A DNA stretch of 64,000 bases from an uncultured virus (IMG/VR IMGVR_UViG_3300021478_000027) (taxonomy: Duplodnaviria > Heunggongvirae > Uroviricota > Caudoviricetes). The notes under the pieces are model-generated. The model did not search any database. It was not told the DNA's origin and worked only from the letters and a program-made list of their open reading frames with translations. Positions 17,777 to 28,547 of the stretch are shown one piece after another. Position 1 is the stretch's first letter; each line of letters opens with the position of its first letter. The stretch lies in the IMG/VR virus record IMGVR_UViG_3300021478_000027. The stretch is one strand, 5' to 3'. Both the position numbers and the translations under genes were made by a program.

Positions 17777-20266
17777 CTAACATTCCTCAGGGACGTCATC
17801 CCCCCAATCGACAGGCAGCTTTGTCGCAACTTCAAACGCCAAACGCGCCGTCGTTATATCTCCGAGGGCATAGCACATTTTGCTATACCCAAGGACCGCG
17901 CGTGCTTCACGATGGCCTGTGCCAGTATCGGTGAGATGTTCGCCGACGATCATTCCGCGTTTAGGGCGCGTCGGCTCATTTCCCATGCGGCGCATGAACC
18001 TTCCGAAATGAACTCTATTGAGCGGTCGGCGGTCGTGTTTGCTGGCGGCAAATTCCAGATAGGATGCGTAAAGCAACTCGGTCGAAACAACCTCGTCCCA
18101 TTGGTGCAAATCCGCTTCCAATCCCAAACGCGAGCGATAGACATATTCGCGCTGCAAGACATCCAGCCACCATTCCTCAGCGGTCGGCAGCGACATGATG
18201 CGCTGATCGTTCAACCCGTCCGTTTGCGGGATGGCGCGCGGGTTGTAATCGCTCAGATCCATATCAAGCAGATCGCCTAGCATCGCTTCGTAGCCGCCGT
18301 TTTCCATCTCGCGGGTGATCGCAGCAAAATAGGCGTGGTCGTTCAGGTGTTCTTCGCTGAGGATCAAAACAAAGAAGCGCCGCGAGTCCAGTGACGCCGG
18401 CACCACCCAATCCTCGTTGGAGGCCATCATCAGGTGAATGAAGTTCCGCATTTGCACAGGCGCTTGGTATTTCGCCTCGATGGTCAGGTAGGGTTCGGTG
18501 ATAAGCGACTTCAAAACGCCGACATGCTGCTTGTCGCCAGCCCAAAAGGCTTCGTCGGCAAACAAAAAAACCAAGTCGCGCAGATGGCCGTTAAACGACC
18601 CTATCAGGTGCTTGGCGGTCGATACGGTCATGCTGTGCTGGCCGAGTATGTGCATGAGCGCACGCGCTAACGTGCCTTTGCCCGCACCTTGCGGACCTTT
18701 CAGCACAACAGCGACTTCGCCTTGTAGCTCGGGGTGCTGGACGAGGCGCGCCATCCAGCCCATCAAGAAATTGTAATGCTCTTGGTTGCCTCGACAGATG
18801 ACCTCGCCAATGTGCTCTTGCATGAGCCGCCATGACCCGGTGCTAGGCTTGACGGCGAACCCCTGCCAAAGGTTCAGGGTGGATGGCGGCAGTGGCCCCC
18901 CGCGTGGGTCGAAAACGATATCGTTGTAGGTCTTGCGTTCGGGATGAGAGAGCCAGATATCGGCAAAGGTGCGAACGATGTCCTTGCCCTTCTTGTCCTT
19001 GCCGACGATTTTTGAGCGATTGAGCCACAGCCGCTTTAGGTCTTCAAAGGTTAGTCTCCGATAGCACCGTCTTCCGATGGTCTCGTCGACTGAGGGCTCG
19101 TAGACCAGCACCCGGCCTTCCTCGTTGACGACGAAATAGCGTTGGTTGAAGTGCTGGACGATCTCGACCACGGATTGACCGCTACCAGGCGCGCGGTCGG
19201 GTTGAGGTAAAGGAATGACGTTGTGATCTAATTGCTCGACTCTCTCCTCGCTTGATGCAGAGCGCAACTGAACAGCGCTATCACGCGTCCCGAACTTGGC
19301 TGCGGCGGAGCGCACCATTGCGCGAATAGCGGCTTCCTCGCGTTTCCAGTTCCACGCAACACCAGCATTGCCGGCAGCCGCCTCGGTCGCACTCAACACG
19401 GCATTAACGATCTCGTCCGCGTCGACACCTTGCGCGGCCAAGGACGCCGTTACCGACAGCTGCGTGGCGTGGATGCCGCCTTCGCCCGCCGCCAGATACG
19501 ACATGGCGGAGAGCCGGCTCTCGACATCGATGGGCGGCTTGAACGACGATAGCCGAGCCATCGCCAGAAACGGGTCGTTTGCAGCCACGCCAGCTGGCGC
19601 CGCGGTCGAAACCAGCAATGGCCTTTGCACATCGAGCATCTCCACGATGTCGCTAAACTCATAGCGCAGGGCGAAATCGGAGACCGGCAACAGGACAACC
19701 GGCTTCAGTTCTTCTGTTTTGCTGTGGTGGGTGCCGGGGAGGCGCATGACGCGGGCGATGTCGCAGCAAGTGGGGTCGCCTGCGAGGATGCCAGCGAGTT
19801 GCTTGAGCACGGCCACGATAGCGTCATCGTCCTGATCGCGGCTATCTGATTCCAGGTTGACGTTGAGTGCTTCTCGCAACAACCAGTAGCAATGAATCCC
19901 GCCGCCACTATCGACGAGCAGTGATGGGCGAAGGGGCAGAGAGAGTGCGGCTGCAACGGCTTCCTCCTTGGAGAAATCGGTTTTGTAGCAATCGATATCA
20001 CACCACAGCGCGGCCAGTTCGGCGCACTCGGCTCGGGTCCCGCCGGGGCGCCCCATGATCCTTGTGCAGCAGCCGAAGAACATGCCGCGCCCTGGCTGGT
20101 CCCAACGCTGGCATTCGTCGATGACGATTTGGGATTCGCGCGTTTTGCGTTGAGTGGGTCGCCCGCTCTTGTCGTTGGTAAAGGAGCGTAGTTCAACGTG
20201 TTGGGTGGTATTCTCGAAAAACTGCGCGAGGAAGGTTATTGTCGGGGAATAGTCGATGTCGGCCAC
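17777..20266 (-). CDS. Primase-helicase (RepB/AEP-like primase + SF3/DUF5906-type NTPase)
   Basis: LWCDID, VDSGGGIHCYWLL, RVMRLPGT primase motifs; Walker A GPQGAGKG; FADEA; MMASN. Confidence 0.88.
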   Translation of the reverse strand: MADIDYSPTITFLAQFFENTTQHVELRSFTNDKSGRPTQRKTRESQIVIDECQRWDQPGRGMFFGCCTRIMGRPGGTRAECAELAALWCDIDCYKTDFSKEEAVAAALSLPLRPSLLVDSGGGIHCYWLLREALNVNLESDSRDQDDDAIVAVLKQLAGILAGDPTCCDIARVMRLPGTHHSKTEELKPVVLLPVSDFALRYEFSDIVEMLDVQRPLLVSTAAPAGVAANDPFLAMARLSSFKPPIDVESRLSAMSYLAAGEGGIHATQLSVTASLAAQGVDADEIVNAVLSATEAAAGNAGVAWNWKREEAAIRAMVRSAAAKFGTRDSAVQLRSASSEERVEQLDHNVIPLPQPDRAPGSGQSVVEIVQHFNQRYFVVNEEGRVLVYEPSVDETIGRRCYRRLTFEDLKRLWLNRSKIVGKDKKGKDIVRTFADIWLSHPERKTYNDIVFDPRGGPLPPSTLNLWQGFAVKPSTGSWRLMQEHIGEVICRGNQEHYNFLMGWMARLVQHPELQGEVAVVLKGPQGAGKGTLARALMHILGQHSMTVSTAKHLIGSFNGHLRDLVFLFADEAFWAGDKQHVGVLKSLITEPYLTIEAKYQAPVQMRNFIHLMMASNEDWVVPASLDSRRFFVLILSEEHLNDHAYFAAITREMENGGYEAMLGDLLDMDLSDYNPRAIPQTDGLNDQRIMSLPTAEEWWLDVLQREYVYRSRLGLEADLHQWDEVVSTELLYASYLEFAASKHDRRPLNRVHFGRFMRRMGNEPTRPKRGMIVGEHLTDTGTGHREARAVLGYSKMCYALGDITTARLAFEVATKLPVDWGDDVPEEC

Positions 20267-20292
20267 ACGCTGTGCTCCCTTACACCAAAGAG

Positions 20293-21639
20293 TTAAAGAA
20301 GCGTTCCGGTTGATTGGCGTTTGTTTCGGTTTTTTTGCGCCACTGAATGACCGCCAGCACCTTGGTAATAAGCTAAACGCGCCTCGATATCGGTGATGTA
20401 TTCGGCTTCGCGTTCGATGAGGATGGCGTCAAAGCCTTCGGCGAGCGCCGCCACGCCGGCAGTGCCGCTGCCCGCGAATGGGTCTAACGTCAGTCCGCCC
20501 GGCGGCGTGACGAGGCGCATCAACCATCGGATCAGTGCGACCGGCTTGACAGTGGGATGCTTTGACCCCCAGCGGTCCTCGCTATCGGCTTTTGCTGAGA
20601 AAAAGAACCGCGCTGCAGAGCCGCTGTCGCCCCGAGCGAGCGCTGGCGCCTGCTCGCCAAAATCGCCATAAATACCGTTACTTTTCTTTGGAAGCTGCGG
20701 CCGGTCGTAGAGTTGTCCCGCGCTGTCGGGGAACGCCGCGAGCACTTCGTCGCTGTCGTCATGCGCCACATTCGCCGGCCAGCGGCCAAGGTTTGGATTG
20801 TGACCGCCCTCGGAGCCGTCTTGACGGTATCCGCCTAACCCTTTTCCGTAGATGCTGTTCTCAGTCGTGGAAAGCGATCCCGGAACTCGCTTTAATGTCC
20901 CGATCCGGCACCCATCAATATTGATGGCTCCCGTGCCGTGCAGCAGCACATTCTCGGCGACCGTGCCGATCAGTGGCTTGCGCGCGAGGACGATCGGCTC
21001 GAAGGCCGACTTGAGCGCCGTGCCCCAACCAACCCATGCTGCTGCCGCCGCCGTCGTAGGTGCTGTTATCGCGTAATCAAGATATTCCGGTGCTTCCCGC
21101 TCAGACGCATTGATGCCGTCCCCCCTGCCACGTCCATGCCCATTTCTGATGTCGCGGCGCTTAATGTGCGTGACCACCGCCCGCTCTGCGCCGGCGGCTT
21201 TGTCGATTGCCTTGCTGACATCGTGCGATTTTGGGAAGCCAGTGCCGTACAGCCAGCAGAGCGTGTCGCGGATTTCAAATCCGGCATCCTCGATCGCGCA
21301 CACCATGCGGTGATAGGTGCGCGTACCGCCAAAGGCAACGAGATGCGCGCCGGGTTTGAGAACGCGATAGACTTCGGCCCAGAACGCAGGATCGTGAACG
21401 ACTTCGCCCGTGTCCCATTTTTTGCCCATAAAGCCGCTGGACAAGCGCGCCATACCGTCAGCGCGCGCAGCGGCCCGGCGCTCGTTTGTCCCGGAGCCGT
21501 TGATCGAAGTCTTGCCGAAGCGTTTGACGATGGAGGTTAGGGAGTATGGCGGGTCGGTAATGCCCGAATCAATGCTGCTACTGTCAAGCGTCTTGATGAC
21601 TTCGCGGCAGTCGCCGGGCAGCAATCGCACCGTGCTCAT
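20293..21639 (-). CDS. DNA methyltransferase (N6-A/N4-C, beta class), orphan
   Basis: ITDPPY motif IV; HPTVKP; LDPFAGSGT motif I. Confidence 0.92.
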   Translation of the reverse strand: MSTVRLLPGDCREVIKTLDSSSIDSGITDPPYSLTSIVKRFGKTSINGSGTNERRAAARADGMARLSSGFMGKKWDTGEVVHDPAFWAEVYRVLKPGAHLVAFGGTRTYHRMVCAIEDAGFEIRDTLCWLYGTGFPKSHDVSKAIDKAAGAERAVVTHIKRRDIRNGHGRGRGDGINASEREAPEYLDYAITAPTTAAAAAWVGWGTALKSAFEPIVLARKPLIGTVAENVLLHGTGAINIDGCRIGTLKRVPGSLSTTENSIYGKGLGGYRQDGSEGGHNPNLGRWPANVAHDDSDEVLAAFPDSAGQLYDRPQLPKKSNGIYGDFGEQAPALARGDSGSAARFFFSAKADSEDRWGSKHPTVKPVALIRWLMRLVTPPGGLTLDPFAGSGTAGVAALAEGFDAILIEREAEYITDIEARLAYYQGAGGHSVAQKNRNKRQSTGTLL

Positions 21640-22246
21640 TTCTCCTGTTCCTTCTTTGCCCGCTGTCGCTCTTCCGCCTCACGCCAGAGCCGGGCGATCG
21701 GTTCGCCAGCGAGGTAGCGGCGGCGCATTTCGGCGATGGCTGCTAGCCACGACCCGTAGGAGTCTGCGTCTTCTTCTTCTTGAGTTAGGACGCGGCTCAT
21801 CAGCCACGCACTCGGCGCGTCTTGAAAACGTAAAAAGCGTTGAATAAATTGACAGTTGGCATTGAGCGCTCCATCGCACTGGGGCTAGCCGGGAGGCGGG
21901 TCGTTGGCAGCGATCCGCCTTCGCCATTCCAAGACTACTCTCGACTGGATCAAGGTCAATGGCGTCAGTCGTCGTACCCGTCGTCATTGCCGCCGATTGG
22001 ACCGTAGGAGGCGTCTTCCAGCGCGTCGGCGATGATGGCGACGAGGTCGTCTTCGTTGACCGGGCGGCGAGTTGCCATTTCGCGCAGTTTGATAGTGTCG
22101 AGCACTTTCCAGGCGTCGACCTCCCATTTGGTCATCGCTTGAGTCTCCTTCTGTCCTGAGAAGTTGTCCCGAATCACCCGCCGTTCGGGACCAGACGGCA
22201 GCGCAGCCAAAGGCGGGCAGGGGAACTCGCCTGGCCGGGGTCTCCT

Positions 22247-23002
22247 TTAGAACTTGGCGCCGCGGCGCACGGGCTCAGCCTTCTTGGCGCCTGCGCTGAC
22301 ATTGGCCGCGAGGGTGTCCTTATGTTGTTGGTAAGTCGCTGCCGCAAGTTTCGCTTTTGTACTAGGGGCCCGGTCGTCTTCAAAAGGAATATCGTCGTCC
22401 TCGCCTGCCTCCGTCGGGGGAGCCGCGATCGCTAACACGCTCTCGTCGGTCCAGTCGACAATCTTGAGTTCCGGTGTGTAGAGCTTGCCGTACTGCTTGT
22501 GGACGTAGCTGCTGCGCCCGAGGGTAACGACCGGCACTTGGCGGGGGTGTTGCTTCAACCCTTCGGTATAGGCCCCGCAGAGTTGCCCGAGATCGCGCTT
22601 ACCGCTTTCCGACGTGGTTGAGTAGATGTAGAGGTCGCCATCGGGCGACATCAACTGTAGTTCGTTGGTAAACGCCCACGGGTCGCGCGGCTTGCCGTCC
22701 GCGTCAGGTTCCCACAGGGCCTTGTCGTTGTCGCCGAGGGACGACCGCGACGGGACGGGGAGGCAGTCGATCAGCAGTTCCATTCGCTCGTCGGTCACCG
22801 CCTGGTTCTCCCAGCGCCGCCAGCCAAGGCGAAACCCTTGCATGTTCGCGGCAAACCGGGAGCCGAGGGCGAGTTCGAGCAGATCCTTGCCGAACAGCCA
22901 CTCGCCTTTGGAGAACTTGAGGAACTGCCCTTGCGGGGGTGCCGCGGCTGCCGCATAGGCGGCAAAGGGATCGCGTTGGTTCATTGTCGCTATATCGCTC
23001 AT
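22247..23002 (-). CDS. Putative ssDNA-binding/annealing protein
   Basis: Lies between exonuclease and primase; acidic EDDDIPF motif near the C-terminus. Confidence 0.5.
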   Translation of the reverse strand: MSDIATMNQRDPFAAYAAAAAPPQGQFLKFSKGEWLFGKDLLELALGSRFAANMQGFRLGWRRWENQAVTDERMELLIDCLPVPSRSSLGDNDKALWEPDADGKPRDPWAFTNELQLMSPDGDLYIYSTTSESGKRDLGQLCGAYTEGLKQHPRQVPVVTLGRSSYVHKQYGKLYTPELKIVDWTDESVLAIAAPPTEAGEDDDIPFEDDRAPSTKAKLAAATYQQHKDTLAANVSAGAKKAEPVRRGAKF

Positions 23003-23696
23003 CGCTTGTCACTTTCTCGCTTGCAGTTCAAGGCCAAAGCCTCGGGTTATTCCGGCTCAAACCGGAACTTCATTCGTCCTCAATCCTCGGGGAATAATCG
23101 GTCGAACTCCTCCTCGGTGGCACCGCTGATCAGGAACTCCCGTTGTCCCGGTGTCAGATTTGGGAACACATTTTGGATTAGTGCGCCGTTCCGCCAGCTG
23201 TCGATCTGTGGCTGAGTCACCGGAAGCTCCAACTCGGTTTCCACCCCGGTGAAGATGGATTTACGTTTGACTAACATGTTGCTCCTCCTTAACCATTATG
23301 CTTCACCATCTCCTCGCGAGGACGCAACTTCTTGCCGTCTAACCACCTCCAACATTTCGAGCAGGGCTCAGGACAAGGGTTCTCTGGATGCTTTTTACAG
23401 AAATGCCACAGCTTTCGTTTCTGTTTCATCGCGACCCTCTCCCGTGATAGGGGCAGCTCACCACCGCGCAGTAGGTTATTTGTCGCTATGCCGGAATCTT
23501 TATTTCACTGGCCAAAATCGGCCTTCAAGCGCGCCCCAATCGTCAGGTACACGGTTCAGGCGACGAATATCCTTGCCGGTTTCATCGCAGTTTGGGCATG
23601 GTCTGCTTGTGATGTACGAACCGTCCGAACAGGGTCCAATCGGCTTAAGCCAGCCTGTGCCGTCACATCGCATGCAGTCGGGAAGATTAGGTTTCA

Positions 23697-23938
23697 TCAC
23701 TTCACCTTCACGGTTAGCCGTTCCCCCGGGTCGCCTTCCTTGCGGTAAGGGTCGAGGTCCATCGCATCTGCAAATTCACAATTAGTAGCGCGGCGACACA
23801 GACGCCAGCGGTTACGCCGAAAATCGTATCCCGTGGGGCAGTCATCGAGATCGCATCGACGCGTGACGGCTTCCATCACTTCACCTTCACCGTCAGCCGT
23901 TCCCCTGGATCGCCTTCTTTGCGGTAAGGGTCGAGGTC
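23697..23938 (-). repeat. 63-bp direct repeat (23697-23759 / 23876-23938) duplicating the exonuclease 3' end
   Basis: Both copies encode DLDPYRKEGDPGERLTVKVK*; five synonymous differences. Confidence 0.9.
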
Positions 23939-24946
23939 GATCCCGGCGGCTTCTGCTGCGGCGATGTCGATCGATACCCGCCCCTTGGCACTCGACCACG
24001 CGACCGAGAATTCGTCGTTGTGGTAGCGCCTGATTTTGTGCGCGGTGAGGAATTCCTTGATTTGCTGCTTAGCCATAACGTGTTCTTTTTCAAACGCGTC
24101 AACCTGGATGTTGTACCAATGCTCCAGCTCGACGAGTTTGAAAAGCGCCTCGACTTCGACGGGGGCGAGCGCCGGCTTCTCGTCGGGCGGCATGTTGCTC
24201 ACGGTAACGTGAGCGCAAAGCGAGGCCCACGGGCAATAGCCGCATTCCCGTCCGCCGGCCATCTTGCCTTCGGGTCGCAGCGACAGGGCGTGGGGCGCGG
24301 TCATGATCTGGCGCGCACGATCCTGCGCAGCTTGGTAGATCGCCGGGTCGTACTTGACGGCGAACTCGGTCACCTCGTCGAGAAACGACGCGTCAACGTA
24401 AGCAATGAGCGTATAGTCGGGGGCATCGTTGGTGCAGCCGCGTAATAGCCCCATCTGCACATGTACCTGATACTCGTGTGCGGCCTTGGCTTCCTTGACC
24501 GAGACGCGTGGGTCGATTGACTTGATCTCGATGCCGAGGCACTCACTGGGGCCAATGTCGGGAATGCCGAGCCACGCGAGGCAGTCGCGCGGGGCATTGA
24601 CGATGAGCGCGTCGGAGGTCGCCGACAGATAACCGTCGACCAGTGTGCGCTGGTCGTTGCCCGCGTAGAGCAGTTCTACTGGGTATTGAATAAATGCGCG
24701 CAGCGCCGGCACCACCCAGTGCTGCTCGATCACGTTGCCACGCTCAAGCGCGCCGTAGCGCTCGACAAAACCGGGATCGTGCGGCACCTCGTTTTTGACG
24801 AACCAGGTGCGCCGCGCACAAAGACCAATTTCGCTCGCGCCCACGGTATTGCCGCGATCGTGGCCCGAGAACTCTTTCTGGCGCGATTCGGCGTAACGGC
24901 GGGTAAACTCTTTGAGAGAAATCATGTCAGCACCCGCTTGCAACAC
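23876..24946 (-). CDS. Cas4-like PD-(D/E)XK exonuclease
   Basis: GASEIGLCAR...ATSDAL...IEIKS...YQVHVQM...ECGYCPWASLC (1+3 Cys arrangement). Confidence 0.8.
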   Translation of the reverse strand: MLQAGADMISLKEFTRRYAESRQKEFSGHDRGNTVGASEIGLCARRTWFVKNEVPHDPGFVERYGALERGNVIEQHWVVPALRAFIQYPVELLYAGNDQRTLVDGYLSATSDALIVNAPRDCLAWLGIPDIGPSECLGIEIKSIDPRVSVKEAKAAHEYQVHVQMGLLRGCTNDAPDYTLIAYVDASFLDEVTEFAVKYDPAIYQAAQDRARQIMTAPHALSLRPEGKMAGGRECGYCPWASLCAHVTVSNMPPDEKPALAPVEVEALFKLVELEHWYNIQVDAFEKEHVMAKQQIKEFLTAHKIRRYHNDEFSVAWSSAKGRVSIDIAAAEAAGIDLDPYRKEGDPGERLTVKVK

Positions 24947-25848
24947 TGAAAGCAGTTGTCGGTGTCTTCCCCCGCCAGCGGGTCGTCAAAGACATGCATC
25001 CCGGCGCGGATGCGCAAGGTCTGGATGCGCCGGTCGATTAGCGAAAGCACGAGGGCCCGGTGTGCCGGATAGAGTTCGGCCACCAGCTGGGCGATCTCGA
25101 TCATCTCGTCGGGATCGCGGCACCTGTTGATCCATGCGCGCACATCGCCCAGACCCGGCTGTTCGGCAATCGCCTCGCGCCAGGCGGCGGCGACCGCGCG
25201 ATGGTAATGAGTGACCAGCTTGGCGCGGTCTTCAAGCGCCTTTTCGGCGACGGTAACCATTGGTTGTGTCCATCCCCTGCGATAGCCACCCTTTATCGAT
25301 GACACGAATACCGCTCTTGCGCAAGCTGTGTTCAAGCGCGCATGATGATTTTTTTTCGGGGTCATGGGAGCGCGAGCGATGCGCCATACCCACACCAAAC
25401 CATGTGACCGTTGTGCCGGCACCGGCCTCGTTATTCGCGACAAGCGCCGCACCGTTGACGGGCTGGTTGACCCGACCGACGTTATCGAGTGGCCGCAGCA
25501 ACTGTGCGACAAGTGCGGTGGAAGCGGCGCCGTGGGTTACGTACCGGCTCCGCAGGAATGAACGGCATTGCGCCACTGTGGATTTTAGCACTTATTGTGT
25601 TGGCGCTGTTGGCTATCGCCTTCGCGCTCAAAAGATGAAAATAGACATGAGGCAGCAGACATGAGCGACCGTTACGAAATCCGGCGCAGCAACCATGCGA
25701 GCCGGGGACGGCACTGGGAAGGCTACTGGCGCGTGTTTGACATGGACAACGCGCGCTACGTATCCATCGGATTCGAGTCGCTGGATGAAGTCGAGCGCTG
25801 CCGCAACGCGCTAATCCTTGACGACCGCCGCTGCCTGGAACCGACAAG

Positions 25849-26844
25849 ATGAAATTAATTCTGGCCCTCGCGTTCATACTTATCGCCACGACTGCCAATG
25901 CCGCCACCTCGATCCCGGTTAGCGGCGATCACAGCGGCGTTACCGATACCACCGCCATCACCAACGCCTGCAAAAAGGGACAAATACCCAGCCTCAACGG
26001 CGGGGTTTACTACGTCAGCCAGATCACCAATTGCCGGGTGATCCGGGGCGATGGCGGGCTGCCAGCATATTTTTGGTATGAAGGGGAAACTGATGTCACC
26101 ACAGTTATCGGAGTCGGTGGAGGACGCGGCGTTCTTACGTGCCCTGCCGGAACAGCCTGTCGCTACACAGGTTTTACCGTTAATCCTGGCCCCGGACAGG
26201 CTTGCGTCGTCATGGATGGCGTACACGGTTTGCAGCTTGACAGCTTCAACTGCATTGACCCCGCAGCTCAGGGAGGTGACTGCATTGATGCTCGTGCCCT
26301 CTCAGGCAATTACAACCAACTACTCAAAGTGATTGGCGGGGTGTTTATCCACTGTGGCGGCTGGGGGTTGAACGCGAGCGAGGGGGCCGGCCTCAACGAC
26401 AGCTTCGTGATTGGGGCAAACTTCTCCAACAATCAACTCGGCAACATCAACGTCGGCGCAGGCTTCGGCAACGTCTGGGCTAACAACAAGATTGAAGACA
26501 CTTATGCCTCTAACGGTATGGTTTTCAGCGGCCCACAAGGCACCAGCGGCGACAGCGTGATCGTCGGCAACGTCTTCGACCAGAACGGCATCGACATGCA
26601 GTTTACCAGTCCTGATTGGTACGGTGTGATCACGGGCAACATCTCCTGCACAAGCCCGAGCGCTCAGGGGATCATGTTCAGCATTGAAGGCTCGAACTTC
26701 ATCGCCGGTGGGATCAACACCGCATGCGGGCCCACCTACCGGGCGCTTGCCGGCTTTGCGCCGTTTCTTGACTTTGCTGATCCCGATCCAAAATACTTTG
26801 ATGCGACCAGCCAGACTATCGTCGGGCCGAGCGTTCACAATTAA
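25849..26844 (+). CDS. Secreted right-handed beta-helix (pectin-lyase-like) protein, moron-like
   Basis: Signal peptide MKLILALAFILIATTANA; DTTAITNA motif; repeated GN/NN strands. Confidence 0.65.
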   Translation: MKLILALAFILIATTANAATSIPVSGDHSGVTDTTAITNACKKGQIPSLNGGVYYVSQITNCRVIRGDGGLPAYFWYEGETDVTTVIGVGGGRGVLTCPAGTACRYTGFTVNPGPGQACVVMDGVHGLQLDSFNCIDPAAQGGDCIDARALSGNYNQLLKVIGGVFIHCGGWGLNASEGAGLNDSFVIGANFSNNQLGNINVGAGFGNVWANNKIEDTYASNGMVFSGPQGTSGDSVIVGNVFDQNGIDMQFTSPDWYGVITGNISCTSPSAQGIMFSIEGSNFIAGGINTACGPTYRALAGFAPFLDFADPDPKYFDATSQTIVGPSVHN

Positions 26845-27296
26845 TGCTGCGCGAGCGCCTTAGCGCGCAGCACGGCTCGCTCTGCCGGCGGAAGCTTGGC
26901 CTCGATTGTCGGCACGCCCCACACGTCTAAACGTTCACGCACGTCGTCAATGCTGCGACAGACTGTGACGGAGCAACCGGCTGCGACCAGCCATTGATGC
27001 ACGGCAATTTGCTCAGAGCTGAGCGAGCCTTTGCCGGCTTTCAACTCGATCCACAGGCATTTGCCGCGATTGATAATGAGGATATCGGGCACCCCGGCCT
27101 GCATACCCATGCCTTTGAGGATCGCGCCGCGCAGCTTGCCACCCCCGCCGTGCCCGATCGCTGTAAAAAACGTAGGGGCAGTTAAAACGCGCGCCAGATA
27201 GGTAGCAATGGCGATCTGGAGGGATTGCTCGGGATGGGCGCGAGGCTTGCTGCTCGAGGCTCGCTTGCGCGACATACGCGCAGGGAGAACGAACAT
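26841..27296 (-). CDS. VRR-NUC domain nuclease
   Basis: EQSLQ...GMQAGVPDILII...WIELKAGKGSLSSEQ. Confidence 0.85.
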   Translation of the reverse strand: MFVLPARMSRKRASSSKPRAHPEQSLQIAIATYLARVLTAPTFFTAIGHGGGGKLRGAILKGMGMQAGVPDILIINRGKCLWIELKAGKGSLSSEQIAVHQWLVAAGCSVTVCRSIDDVRERLDVWGVPTIEAKLPPAERAVLRAKALAQH

Positions 27297-27605
27297 TACA
27301 GGCCGCTTGCTTCATCGTCGTCATAGTAGACGACTCGATCAGTGCCGCGCTCAACGATCCGCTCTATTGTGTAACGCTCGTGGCCACAGTCCCTGTCAAG
27401 ATTGTTGGGCCACTTTCCCGTTTTTGCAGCCTCAAAGTAGAGCGCCCGATTGCAGTCGCAAGCGTAGTTGCCGTAAGCAAACATCCACTCGATTTGGTAA
27501 TCTGCGTTTCTGTCCTCATCCCACCCGGCCCAATCAGAGTCGTCATAGTAGACGTATCTCTCGCCGGTGGTATTGTCGCGGAGATGGATATCAATCTTCA
27601 TCACG

Positions 27606-27836
27606 CTATGCCTGCATCAAATATCGTATCTCGGCGCGTTTCAACTCGATCAGCGCTTCCCGCACTGGTTCGCGCACGGCACCGGGCAACCGTTCGAGAT
27701 AGCGGTCGTGAAAGGCACGGCGCCCTTTCTCCAGATCGCTGAGAAAACCGGGGCTGACCTCCATCAACCGCGCCAGTTCTTTTTGCTCCAGGCCGGCGGC
27801 GAGCCGCGCTTGGCGCAGCGTGATTGCGATATCCAT
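27606..27836 (-). CDS. XRE-family HTH regulator (Cro/CI-like), heading the replication operon
   Basis: LRQARLAAGLEQKELARLMEVSPGFLSDLEKGRR; ATG at 27836. Confidence 0.85.
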   Translation of the reverse strand: MDIAITLRQARLAAGLEQKELARLMEVSPGFLSDLEKGRRAFHDRYLERLPGAVREPVREALIELKRAEIRYLMQA

Positions 27837-27843
27837 AAGCGAG

Positions 27844-27914
27844 ATGGTGTCACAGAAAAAAACACGGGTCAACGCCAATTGGCGTATTGACTGTTCCGCT
27901 GATGAGCGTATAAT
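27844..27914. promoter_or_regulatory. Divergent promoter pair with central palindrome
   Basis: Plus strand TTGACT-N16-TATAAT (27887-27914); minus strand TTGACC-N17-CACCAT (27872-27844); CGCCAATTGGCG between the two -35 boxes. Confidence 0.65.
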
Positions 27915-27933
27915 GATGATTAGGGAGGCCCGC

Positions 27934-28436
27934 ATGGCAAAAGATGTCTCGCTCCAAGGGCATTACACTATCGTCTATTCACCGGACGATGAGGCAGAGA
28001 GCGGCAAAGGCTATTATGTCGATCGCTGGTGGACGCGTCGCGAAAGCAAGTTGTTCGCAACGTGGGCCGAAGCCGACGCATGGGCAGTGCTGCATGGCGG
28101 CGTCGATCGTCATAAGCAGCAAGTATGAGGAGAGAGGCCCATGATCAGCCGCGCCTTCTACTACTTCGGATCCGTGCAGATCGATTTTCGAGGCGAACGC
28201 GTCGAGGTCGAATATGACGCAACTCAGGGTGATGTCGATGAGTGGTGGTTCTCCCGGCCCGAATTGCGGGCGCTCGACCTGACGCTGGACGAGCAGGAAG
28301 AGATCGCCGAGCGCGTGTGGGAGGATGCGCAGCTATGATCTGGCTCACTGAGGCGGCGCGGCTTATCCTGACGATCGCTGCAATCGCGCTCACCGTCATT
28401 GCGCTTGCGGGCGCCTATATCATGATATTGTCGTGA
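27934..28436 (+). CDS. Three small hypothetical genes (27934-28128, 28141-28338, 28335-28436)
   Basis: Each has an RBS; they lie downstream of the TTGACT/TATAAT promoter. Confidence 0.5.
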
Positions 28437-28547
28437 TTGAACAAGCTTCGGCGGGTCTCCCACCTCGCCGGAGCAGCCTGCGGATGATGCGTCCGTCCCC
28501 ACGGCCTCTCCGCAGGCTGAACCGTCGCCCTTCGCAGAAAGGCTCCA

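Noticed and set aside
21660..22245. Possible tRNA or structured RNA in the gaps around ORF 21965
   Set aside because: Isolated hairpins exist (e.g. GTCCCGAA/TTCGGGAC), but there is no cloverleaf or recognisable family.
23876..24946. Cas4-like gene as part of the RAMP system
   Set aside because: It lies 12 kb away in the replication/recombination operon, where solo Cas4-like exonucleases are common in phages.
25770..25830. Weak pentamer-like run sharing GGCAGCGCTCG with array B
   Set aside because: It is short, poorly periodic and inside a + strand gene; probably chance.
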